Shown piece by piece: positions 1 to 6,697 of a DNA stretch of 15,905 nt. How positions within the stretch are numbered: position 1 is the stretch's first letter; each line of letters begins with the position of its first letter. The position numbers and the translations under genes are program-made. Source of the stretch: a virus. The notes below the pieces were generated by a model. That model searched no databases. It worked only from the letters and a program-made list of their open reading frames with translations, and was not told the origin of the DNA. The stretch lies in IMG/VR virus record IMGVR_UViG_3300005663_001601, one strand, 5' to 3'.

Positions 1-77
1 TTCACACTAAGAAACTCAATAATGGCCTTTTTTAAATCATAACCAGCATGATCACAAGCAATTCCAATATGTCTCAT
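1..77 (-). CDS. rpiB: Ribose-5-phosphate isomerase B / galactose-6-phosphate isomerase (RpiB/LacAB family), N-terminal fragment; the gene runs past the window start
   Basis: Reverse complement of 1..77 reads ATG then MRHIGIACDHAGYDLKKAIIEFLSV with no stop. This matches the RpiB N-terminus (E. coli MKKIAFGCDHVGFILK..). Its ATG overlaps the TGA of the upstream lipoprotein gene as ATGA. Confidence 0.6.
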   Translation of the reverse strand, partial: MRHIGIACDHAGYDLKKAIIEFLSV

Positions 78-274
78 TTGTTTATCATCTCTTTCACTTT
101 GTCCGTGCAGGGAACATGCGCTAGCTGGTGGCTTCCGGAGTTGGCAAAGCATAATTCTGTTTGTGGATCCATGGAATAGTAACGGTCGTTGCTATTGCGA
201 CCATCTTCATCTTTGTGATAACAAGCTGCTAGAAGAACTAACAACGCAAAACTAACCACTACTGCTTTCTTCAT
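74..274 (-). CDS. Small lipoprotein, 66 aa
   Basis: N-terminus MKKAVVVSFALLVLLAAC has a signal peptide and an L-A-A-C lipobox. Part of an ATGA-coupled gene chain. Confidence 0.55.
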   Translation of the reverse strand: MKKAVVVSFALLVLLAACYHKDEDGRNSNDRYYSMDPQTELCFANSGSHQLAHVPCTDKVKEMINK

Positions 275-467
275 TGTTTTTTCCTTTCAGTGTCTTTGAT
301 AAATTTAAGATGCTTGCGGCAAAAATAGCTAGAAAAAAGTTTACAACGAAGAACAGAACAAAGGAAGGCCCCCAAGCACTAACCACTAAGTTATAAACAA
401 AAAATCCAGCGTTGCCGATAAATATAATAGCCCATAGGCCAATTAAAAATCTTACAAAAATTCTCAT
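252..467 (-). CDS. Small membrane protein, 71 aa, two predicted TM helices
   Basis: Hydrophobic ORF with a 4-nt overlap to the upstream gene and about 23 nt to the downstream gene. No recognisable family. Confidence 0.4.
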   Translation of the reverse strand: MRIFVRFLIGLWAIIFIGNAGFFVYNLVVSAWGPSFVLFFVVNFFLAIFAASILNLSKTLKGKNNEESSSG

Positions 468-661
468 TCTTCTTTTCCTTTAATGAAGCGTGTTATTCTA
501 CCGCTTGTAATAACTATAATCGCGCCGAATATTGCTAAAAATGCGCTACTGTATCCTATCCAACTAAGGTTGATTGGGGAGAAATTAAAAGCAAACACAA
601 ATGTACCGATACAAAAAAATATTGAACCAACTGTATCGAGTTTCATTTGTAAATTTTTCAT
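464..661 (-). CDS. Small membrane protein, 65 aa, two TM helices
   Basis: Hydrophobic ORF. Its start ATG (659-661) overlaps the TGA (658-660) of the unlisted small ORF upstream. Confidence 0.4.
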   Translation of the reverse strand: MKNLQMKLDTVGSIFFCIGTFVFAFNFSPINLSWIGYSSAFLAIFGAIIVITSGRITRFIKGKEE

Positions 662-813
662 TTTTGAGTCTCAAATCGTCTGTAATCACGAACAGAATAT
701 ATTACTAGTGCTAAAACCGGTACAATTATTCCAAACCCAATTAAAAATAGAACACTACTAATGGCAATAACTGATCCATTAAGTGTATCAATTTTAGAAA
801 GTAGGTTTTTCAT
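658..813 (-). CDS. Small membrane protein, 51 aa, below the 60-aa cut-off of the ORF track
   Basis: Hand translation gives MKNLLSKIDTLNGSVIAISSVLFLIGFGIIVPVLALVIYSVRDYRRFETQK. GGAGAGG lies about 9 nt upstream of the ATG, and TTGACA-N17-ATAAAG lies upstream. Its TGA overlaps the next start. Confidence 0.35.
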   Translation of the reverse strand: MKNLLSKIDTLNGSVIAISSVLFLIGFGIIVPVLALVIYSVRDYRRFETQK

Positions 814-846
814 CTTTATTGACCTCTCCAGAAAGCTGTCAAAGAA

Positions 847-920
847 TGGTACCCGGTGAGGGAATCAAACCCCCATAAGAACGTTATGAGCGTCCGGTTC
901 TATCATTGAACTAACCGGGC
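847..920 (-). tRNA. tRNA-Met (anticodon CAU; elongator or possibly Ile2/lysidine type), encoded CCA
   Basis: Reverse complement GCCCGGTTAGTTCAATGATAGAACCGGACGCTCATAACGTTCTTATGGGGGTTTGATTCCCTCACCGGGTACCA folds as a cloverleaf. The acceptor stem is 7 bp with a G1.U72 wobble, the D stem is GTTC/GAAC, and the anticodon loop is CUCAUAA. The T arm is GGGGG-TTTGATT-CCCTC, with U where C56 normally sits. Discriminator A plus CCA. Confidence 0.85.
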
Positions 921-1030
921 TTTATCTCTTACCCTTCACTAGCTTCTTCACAAATCGAAACGTCGCTGTAACTGGCTCAAAATACATCTTAACAGACCAA
1001 ATAGCTTCTTCTTTTGCTATCTCCATAAAT

Positions 1031-1279
1031 TTATTCATCATTTTCACACACCGATGGATCTTTCAATGCCTCGGGCTTAACCATCTCACAGACAGCAAGC
1101 TTTACGTCATCACCATAAGCAAGCTCCCAATTAACCCAACGCTTAAGATGCCATCCACCATATCCTAACAGGATAACGAAAACAATCAACATAATAATCG
1201 AAATAATTGGATGCTTGGTTGTGCCATCGAGCATCTTAATCATAAAGTTTCCAAACCAATCTTTAGTCCTATCCTTCAT
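1031..1279 (-). CDS. Small membrane protein, 82 aa, one TM helix
   Basis: ORF with a central hydrophobic helix. No family recognised. Confidence 0.4.
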   Translation of the reverse strand: MKDRTKDWFGNFMIKMLDGTTKHPIISIIMLIVFVILLGYGGWHLKRWVNWELAYGDDVKLAVCEMVKPEALKDPSVCENDE

Positions 1280-1511
1280 CCTTATCTATCTCCTCTATTT
1301 TAATTAGGAGTATCTTAAAACCAAAAAATACTCCAAGCATCCACCCAATCACGACACTTAAACATGTAGCAAACTCAATCCAGTTATTGCTTAACACACC
1401 TATAACCATCACAAAGAGGATCACCAGAACACTTACTGTAACCGATGGCAAGGACATAATAAAGTCAACATCAACACCAGTCTCTTTTATCTTGTCAAGC
1501 ATATTTGACAT
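1269..1511 (-). CDS. Small membrane protein, 80 aa, two TM helices
   Basis: Hydrophobic ORF whose stop abuts the ALDH start region. Confidence 0.4.
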   Translation of the reverse strand: MSNMLDKIKETGVDVDFIMSLPSVTVSVLVILFVMVIGVLSNNWIEFATCLSVVIGWMLGVFFGFKILLIKIEEIDKDEG

Positions 1512-1512
1512 A

Positions 1513-3036
1513 TCAATCTCCTACATCAAATTTAATACCTTGGGCCAATGGCAACTCTGTAGAATAGTTTATCGTGTTAGTAGCACGACGCATGTAGCTC
1601 TTCCAAGCATCGCTTCCGCTTTCGCGACCACCACCTGTTTCTTTTTCTCCACCAAACGCGCCTCCTATTTCTGCGCCACTTGGTCCGATGTTTACATTAG
1701 CAAGTCCACAGTCACTTGTCGATAGGAATTTTTCTGTCTCTCTAATATCGGTGCTAAAAATACAAGAACTTAATCCTTGTGGGACATCATTGTGCATTTC
1801 TAGAGCATCATCAAAATCACTGTATTTCATTACATAAAGAATAGGAGCAAATGTCTCACGTTTGACAATAGCTGACTGTTCTGGCATTTCAACAATTGCC
1901 GGCTTTACATAGTATCCATACGAAGAAAATTTATCTTCTAATACGCGCTCACCGCCAAACACAGTTCCGCCTTCATTGGCAGCTACGGATAACGAAAGCT
2001 CCATATCACCAAACGCAGATCCATCAATCAATGGACCAACTAGATTTTTTTCATCAAGCGGATTTCCGATAGAGATTGTATTGTATGCCTTCTTAAGTTT
2101 TCGCACAAGATCATCATGAATATCTTCGTGAACAATAACACGCCTTAATGTAGTGCAACGTTGTCCAGCAGTTCCAACAGCACTAAAGACGATAGCTTTA
2201 AGTGCCATATCCAAATCTGCAGATGGTGTGACTATCATACCATTATTGCCACCCAGCTCCAGAAGATAACGTCCCAGACGACTTGCAACATAGGGAGCAA
2301 TAAACTGACCCATCTGTGTGCTGCCTGTAGCACTCACGAGCTTAATTTTATCGCTTTCAGCAAGTGCGGCGCCAGCTTGCGAGCCACCGAAAACCACTTG
2401 TGACAGATTTTCAGGAACGTCATCAAACTTTTCATCAAAATTGTCCACAGCATTCAAGAATAGTTGCTGACAAGCTAACGCTGTGAGAGGAGTTTTTTCA
2501 CTTGGCTTCCAGATAACACTGTCCCCACAAACTATTGCCAACGCAAAGTTCCAAGACCAAACAGCAACAGGAAAGTTGAAAGCAGTGATAACAGCGACAG
2601 GACCTAGTGGGTGCCATGTTTCCATTAGTTTATGTCCAGGACGCTCAGAAGCAATTGTTAGACCATATAGTTGACGCGACAGTCCTACAGCAAAATCACA
2701 GATATCAATCATCTCCTGAACTTCGCCGAGTCCTTCTTGAAGAATTTTACCGTTCTCAATTGTGACAAGCTCTCCAAGTGGCTGTTTATATATACGAAGC
2801 TGTTCAGCGAAAAGTCTTATTAACTCACCACGTTGTGGACCTGGAACATTTTTCCACTCATTAAATGCTTCTGTTGACTGTTTAATAGTCGGCAACATCT
2901 CTTTTACAGAAGAGATAGTGTCTTGAACTGAACCGATCTCCGTGCCATTAATCGGAGTGTAAACGAGCCGGTTTCCTTCAAACGAAGATGGAACAACGCC
3001 CATGCTTTTTAAAAGATAATCTACTTTTTCTTTCAT
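1513..3036 (-). CDS. Aldehyde dehydrogenase of the ALDH7 (antiquitin; alpha-aminoadipic / piperideine-6-carboxylate semialdehyde dehydrogenase) type, 507 aa
   Basis: Catalytic motifs ELGGNN (general base Glu) and GQRCTT (nucleophile Cys) are present. Long stretches resemble human ALDH7A1 as I recall it: GKILQEGLGEVQEMIDICDFAVGLSR versus [26 protein letters not shown], and a C-terminus ..GAEIGGAFGGEKETGGGRESGSDAWKSYMRRATNTINYS.. that is nearly identical. Confidence 0.93.
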   Translation of the reverse strand: MKEKVDYLLKSMGVVPSSFEGNRLVYTPINGTEIGSVQDTISSVKEMLPTIKQSTEAFNEWKNVPGPQRGELIRLFAEQLRIYKQPLGELVTIENGKILQEGLGEVQEMIDICDFAVGLSRQLYGLTIASERPGHKLMETWHPLGPVAVITAFNFPVAVWSWNFALAIVCGDSVIWKPSEKTPLTALACQQLFLNAVDNFDEKFDDVPENLSQVVFGGSQAGAALAESDKIKLVSATGSTQMGQFIAPYVASRLGRYLLELGGNNGMIVTPSADLDMALKAIVFSAVGTAGQRCTTLRRVIVHEDIHDDLVRKLKKAYNTISIGNPLDEKNLVGPLIDGSAFGDMELSLSVAANEGGTVFGGERVLEDKFSSYGYYVKPAIVEMPEQSAIVKRETFAPILYVMKYSDFDDALEMHNDVPQGLSSCIFSTDIRETEKFLSTSDCGLANVNIGPSGAEIGGAFGGEKETGGGRESGSDAWKSYMRRATNTINYSTELPLAQGIKFDVGD

Positions 3037-3037
3037 A

Positions 3038-3535
3038 TTAGCTCATCCTTTTTCTGATCATCCACCAAACTGCTAATGCGCCTACCATCTTAACCAGTGT
3101 CATTATTATAACACCCTGTATAGAGAAAAATCCAATCATATATAGAAACAATGCGCTATCAATTGGGGTTGCAAGTACGCTCGATAACAATACACGTTGC
3201 GGAAATGGACGTCCCGTAAACGAATAAACACCCCAATCTGCAAACTCACTAACAAGAAATGCCGTAACGCTTGCGATAGCAATAGTTGGATCTGCTAAGA
3301 CATAGCTTAATGCACCAGCCAGCAACATTGCTAAGATAACATAATGCCCAACTTCCCTCTGAGCAAAATCGCGAAACACAAAAATCAAGCCAACTAAAAA
3401 TGTTGCACTTGGAATAACGATACCTTCTCCAAGTGGCAATATCGGCAAAACACTAAACGCATAGTTTACTATTACAATTGACGCGACATAAATTAATGTC
3501 CACCAAATTTTTAAATCTTTAAGCGTCATCTTCAT
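3038..3535 (-). CDS. Polytopic membrane protein, 165 aa, probably YhhQ/DUF165 (Vut; queuosine-precursor transporter) family
   Basis: About 5 TM segments. Motifs IFVFRDFAQREVG, ADWGVYSF.GR and SSVLATPIDSALFLYMIGFF match my recollection of E. coli YhhQ (IFLATDLTVRIFG, LDVHVFNRLR, STLFGNVSDTLAFFFIAF). Shorter than the roughly 220-aa typical member. Confidence 0.5.
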   Translation of the reverse strand: MKMTLKDLKIWWTLIYVASIVIVNYAFSVLPILPLGEGIVIPSATFLVGLIFVFRDFAQREVGHYVILAMLLAGALSYVLADPTIAIASVTAFLVSEFADWGVYSFTGRPFPQRVLLSSVLATPIDSALFLYMIGFFSIQGVIIMTLVKMVGALAVWWMIRKRMS

Positions 3536-3821
3536 TCCATACTGGATTTATTATTTCATAGTCTTCGAACGAAGATAGGTCTGCAAAACCGCAAATTGAA
3601 TAACCAAGATCCATATTCAGTTTCATATAGTCGTCTTTATCAAACTTACCGTTCTGGTAATCAATACATAGTTGATTTAAATCAAGTCTGCCCACATTAA
3701 AAAGATAATCGAGCACGGTGTTAGTAGGAAATCTTTGAACTCCATGCTCGTCGATGTAAGTTTCGTATGACTGTCCGTTTATTAAGATCGTAATTTTGTC
3801 TCCGGATTTATAGTTTTTCAT
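3519..3821 (-). CDS. Hypothetical protein, 100 aa, acidic
   Basis: ORF in the operon chain, with a 17-nt overlap to the downstream gene. No recognisable motifs. Confidence 0.45.
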   Translation of the reverse strand: MKNYKSGDKITILINGQSYETYIDEHGVQRFPTNTVLDYLFNVGRLDLNQLCIDYQNGKFDKDDYMKLNMDLGYSICGFADLSSFEDYEIINPVWNEDDA

Positions 3822-3831
3822 ATTTTCCTTT

Positions 3832-4140
3832 TCAACATTCTATTTGTTCGAATAGAAGTTTACCCTCATTTTTTCGTGCTTGATATTTTCTTTTCTTCCA
3901 AAGTCGTTGTTCATTTTGAAACCATTCTTTTGCTAGTTCTTGGGCTTGATCTAGTGGAGAAAGAGTTTCATGGCCATCAGAAACATAAAGATGCGGTTCT
4001 CCGCACTGTACACAGATACCGCCAGTTAGCCAATATTCAAGCTGATTAAAAATATGACCCCATTGTCTTCGCGCATGAACGTCATGATGTCCATGCTTAC
4101 ATTTCCATTCTTGTAACTCAGAAGCAACCTGATCAAACAT
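3832..4140 (-). CDS. Hypothetical Cys/His-rich protein, 102 aa, possible metal binding
   Basis: KCKHGHHDVH and ICVQCG clusters. Basic C-terminal tail KKRKYQARK. Confidence 0.45.
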   Translation of the reverse strand: MFDQVASELQEWKCKHGHHDVHARRQWGHIFNQLEYWLTGGICVQCGEPHLYVSDGHETLSPLDQAQELAKEWFQNEQRLWKKRKYQARKNEGKLLFEQIEC

Positions 4141-4157
4141 ATCAGCCTCCTTATAAG

Positions 4158-4451
4158 TTATTCGAGCCAGCCCATTTCTTTTAGAAAATCACATTCCGTA
4201 CACAGTTTTGGAACAGCACATGTAAAACTTTCAGGCAATACAATTGCCCCATCGCATATTTTACAATAAAAATACATAGGCGAACCAGCATAAAGAGAAC
4301 TATTATCAATCTTCTCTGGCGGATTTGCTTGGCGCTCTTGTAAGGCGATCAGTGCTTTCTCCTTTTCGGACATCGGCACGGCGACGATTTTCTGTCTCTC
4401 TTCTGAAGCGACTAATGCTTTTCCTTTTTTTGTTAAGCTAGATTTACTCAT
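4158..4451 (-). CDS. Hypothetical protein with a C-terminal zinc ribbon, 97 aa
   Basis: C-terminus YCKICDG..(14)..CAVPKLCTECDF has a CxxC...C..CxxC arrangement. The N-terminus is charged and coiled-coil-like. Confidence 0.45.
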   Translation of the reverse strand: MSKSSLTKKGKALVASEERQKIVAVPMSEKEKALIALQERQANPPEKIDNSSLYAGSPMYFYCKICDGAIVLPESFTCAVPKLCTECDFLKEMGWLE

Positions 4452-4452
4452 T

Positions 4453-4692
4453 TTACCACTCCCAAAATGCTTTGCCTAGTTTGTTAACTTTTTTACTAAA
4501 AGCATTTTCTTGTAATAATGTAAACATAACAGTTATCATAGCGACTAGATAAAAAATCAACCAAGCTGCGGCGCCACTTGAACCAACCATAATGTAAATA
4601 GAGCCCGCGGGCCAAAATGCTAAAGAAACCATAGCAAATAATAACGTCACTTTCACAATAGCCTTGATCATATTTTTAAACAATGTAAACAC
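4453..4692 (-). CDS. Small membrane protein, 79 aa
   Basis: Two hydrophobic helices. Its stop is 1 nt from the upstream start. Confidence 0.4.
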   Translation of the reverse strand: MFTLFKNMIKAIVKVTLLFAMVSLAFWPAGSIYIMVGSSGAAAWLIFYLVAMITVMFTLLQENAFSKKVNKLGKAFWEW

Positions 4693-4701
4693 TTCTTTCT
4701 C

Positions 4702-5535
4702 CTACTTTTCAAAAGCAGCTACGTATTCGCCTCTAGTTTGACCACAAGCTGCACCAGTATTAGCTCCATCAGACGCATGATATTCAACAGTATAACCATC
4801 TTTCGTCAAAATGTCAACGAACTCCTGTATCCTATTGCTACCAGTAAATGTCACACCAGAAACCAGATTGAATCGACCAAACTTAAGATACCAGCTTGTA
4901 TCCAAGTATTTCTTGATCAGTTCCAGATCCTCATCGCGGTCATTAATCCCATCCATAAGAGCAAAATTAAGCTCAATGGATCTGTTGGGTTGATTCTTTC
5001 TATAAGTTTCCATTGCAGCGATAACTTCTTCAATTGGACTAGCTAATGGCATTAACTCTTTCCTTATCACTGAATCTAAGCTATGCATCGACACTTGTAG
5101 CTTGAAAGGAACATCAAACTCTTCCCTGGAAAGGTCAACAATTCTTTTTGGTGCTGCGCCCGATGTTGACAGTGCCAATCGACAGTTAGGATAATATGAC
5201 GGAAGCAACTGCATTGCTGTGACAACGTTGCTATAGTTTAGTAGAGGTTCGCCTTCGCCCATAAAAGAGAACAAGATAACCTTGCCTTCTACAAGATTAT
5301 CTTCCAACATTTCGTGACACTGGTGTAGCATCTCTCCATACGTTAGGTTCACTGTTTTCTCTGGTCCTGGACTGGCGCAGAAAGTACATCCTACAGCACA
5401 GCTTAATTGTGTTGAAAAGCATACCACTTGTTTTTCGGGTCGGTTAAAATAGATAGCTTCGGCGTGTTTGTCTCCTAAATCAACCAGTACCTTTTGTACT
5501 CGCGCTTGCCCCATTGGTATAAGTTGTTCTGTCAT
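4702..5535 (-). CDS. Radical-SAM RNA methyltransferase of the RlmN/Cfr family, compact form of 277 aa lacking the N-terminal domain
   Basis: CAVGCTFC (CxxxCxxC) is preceded by VVCFSTQ (cf. RlmN LCVSSQ with Cys118). FMGEGEPLLN matches RlmN MGMGEPLLN. LALSTSG matches VTLSTSG. The C-terminal GAACGQT matches RlmN/Cfr DIDAACGQL, which carries the second mechanistic Cys. Collinear similarity runs through the whole core. Confidence 0.85.
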   Translation of the reverse strand: MTEQLIPMGQARVQKVLVDLGDKHAEAIYFNRPEKQVVCFSTQLSCAVGCTFCASPGPEKTVNLTYGEMLHQCHEMLEDNLVEGKVILFSFMGEGEPLLNYSNVVTAMQLLPSYYPNCRLALSTSGAAPKRIVDLSREEFDVPFKLQVSMHSLDSVIRKELMPLASPIEEVIAAMETYRKNQPNRSIELNFALMDGINDRDEDLELIKKYLDTSWYLKFGRFNLVSGVTFTGSNRIQEFVDILTKDGYTVEYHASDGANTGAACGQTRGEYVAAFEK

Positions 5536-5698
5536 TTTTTTGCTCCTCGTATATAAACTTTTTGCTACAATAAAAACAAATGCTATAATTTCTACCTGTG
5601 TCGGGTATCAAGTAGTAAACGATTGGGTGATCGTGTGGCGCGTCAGGTCCAGTACATACTACATATTTTGAATGGACAATAACGATCTCTTTCTCCAC
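5480..5698 (-). CDS. zf-CHCC zinc-finger protein (NDUFS6 C-terminal-domain-like), 72 aa
   Basis: VVCTGPDAPHDHPIVYYLIPDTGRNYSICFYCSKKF fits the C-x8-HP-VY..L...C-x-YC..F pattern of the NDUFS6 zinc-finger domain (cf. [35 protein letters not shown]). Its 3' end overlaps the RlmN-like start by about 56 nt in another frame. Confidence 0.6.
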   Translation of the reverse strand: MEKEIVIVHSKYVVCTGPDAPHDHPIVYYLIPDTGRNYSICFYCSKKFIYEEQKNDRTTYTNGASASTKGTG

Positions 5699-5728
5699 TA
5701 TTTTTTTATCCTAATATTACATTTCATC

Positions 5729-5742
5729 CCATTGACCAATGG
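5729..5742. promoter_or_regulatory. 14-bp perfect palindrome CCATTGACCAATGG between tRNA-Leu and the zf-CHCC gene; possible operator or -35-containing promoter element
   Basis: CCATTG-AC-CAATGG read directly from the sequence. On the minus strand, TTGGTCA followed about 16-17 nt later by TATTAG resembles sigma70 -35/-10 elements upstream of the zf-CHCC ATG. Confidence 0.25.
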
Positions 5743-5783
5743 AAATAATGTTGTAAATCTGTCATATTTTTGCTCCTTATATT

Positions 5784-5867
5784 TGGTGCCCGTAGAGGGA
5801 GTCGAACCCCCACTCCCGAAGGAACTGGATCTTGAATCCAGCGTGGCTACCGTTTCACCATACGGGC
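5784..5867 (-). tRNA. tRNA-Leu (anticodon CAA), type II with a long variable arm, encoded CCA
   Basis: Reverse complement GCCCGTATGGTGAAACGGTAGCCACGCTGGATTCAAGATCCAGTTCCTTCGGGAGTGGGGGTTCGACTCCCTCTACGGGCACCA. Perfect 7-bp acceptor stem and a 3-bp D stem. Anticodon stem CTGGA/TCCAG with loop UUCAAGA. Variable arm TCC-TTCG-GGA and T arm GGGGG-TTCGACT-CCCTC. The 5' end is 1 nt from the histidine-kinase stop codon. Confidence 0.9.
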
Positions 5868-5868
5868 T

Positions 5869-6630
5869 TTATTTTGCTTTCGGCAACGTTAGAGTAACAG
5901 TCGTTCCAACTCCTAATTCGCTTACGACATCAATATTGCCGCCCATAAGTTCTGCTAGCTCTACAGATAACGGCAATCCTAAACCTGTGCCCTCATATTG
6001 TCGACCCAATCCAGCACCTACTTGCCCGAATTTTAACAGAGCAGACTTCACTCCGTCTTCGTCCATGCCTATTCCATCATCTTCAATGACAATAATTACA
6101 TTATCACCAACAAGGCATTTGATATCAATGTTGCCATTCACATCAGTAAACTTAACAGAATTCGACAGTAAATTCAATATAATTTGTTTTAACCGAATCG
6201 GATCAGCATATACATATAGATCATCACAACTTGTCTTAACTTCAACATTGATTGACTTTTCTTGTGCTCTTTCAGCGATAAGTGTGATACAGTCTTTAAA
6301 GACCGAACACATACTAATTTTTTCTGGATGGATTTCAGTCTTACCAGCCTCAATTTTTGAGAGATCAAGAATATCGTTGATTAACTTGAGCAAGTGATGA
6401 CCACTTTCAAAAATGTCATTGGCATATGCTTTATGTTTATCGGACAATTCTCCGCCTATTCCGCTCGTCATAATTTCAGAGAAGCCAATGATAGCATTTA
6501 ACGGCGTTCTAAGCTCATGACTCATATTGGCTAGGAATTCAGATTTGGACTTATTCTCGGCCACTGCAATATTTTTAGTCTCTTCGTGTTCGCTAACCAA
6601 GGTCATTAGTTCTTCAATTGTGCGATCCAT
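5869..6630 (-). CDS. Histidine kinase with HisKA and HATPase_c domains only (no sensor, no receiver), 253 aa
   Basis: H-box MSHELRTPLN, N-box LLSNSVKFT, G1 IEDDGIGM, G2 GTGLGLPLS. Only about 35 residues precede the H-box. Confidence 0.85.
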   Translation of the reverse strand: MDRTIEELMTLVSEHEETKNIAVAENKSKSEFLANMSHELRTPLNAIIGFSEIMTSGIGGELSDKHKAYANDIFESGHHLLKLINDILDLSKIEAGKTEIHPEKISMCSVFKDCITLIAERAQEKSINVEVKTSCDDLYVYADPIRLKQIILNLLSNSVKFTDVNGNIDIKCLVGDNVIIVIEDDGIGMDEDGVKSALLKFGQVGAGLGRQYEGTGLGLPLSVELAELMGGNIDVVSELGVGTTVTLTLPKAK

Positions 6631-6697
6631 GTTTGGTCTCCCTCATTCTGATATGTCTCAACACAATAATAGCATGGATCGGGTATATGTCAAGCAT

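Noticed and set aside
483-761. 92-aa plus-strand ORF
   Set aside because: It is completely antisense to the ATGA-coupled chain of minus-strand membrane-protein genes. It would be the only plus-strand gene in the window.
922-1026. Possible 34-aa minus-strand ORF (MEIAKEEAIWSVKMYF..) between tRNA-Met and the 82-aa gene
   Set aside because: No Shine-Dalgarno sequence is visible and it is very short. It could equally be untranslated tRNA leader sequence.
1387-1725. 112-aa plus-strand ORF, and similarly 2161..2403 and 2483..2674
   Set aside because: These lie antisense within the 1269..1511 membrane-protein gene and the well-supported ALDH7 gene. Their composition is T/S-rich and typical of reverse-frame ORFs in AT-rich DNA.
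4738-5046. Plus-strand ORFs 4738..5046, 4811..4993 and 5468..5671
   Set aside because: They are antisense to the RlmN-like radical-SAM gene and the zf-CHCC gene, both of which have strong family motifs.
5672-6397. 241-aa plus-strand ORF
   Set aside because: It runs antisense across the tRNA-Leu gene and the histidine-kinase gene, which has clear catalytic motifs. It is low-complexity and S/P/T-rich, with no RBS. This is an antisense frame artefact.
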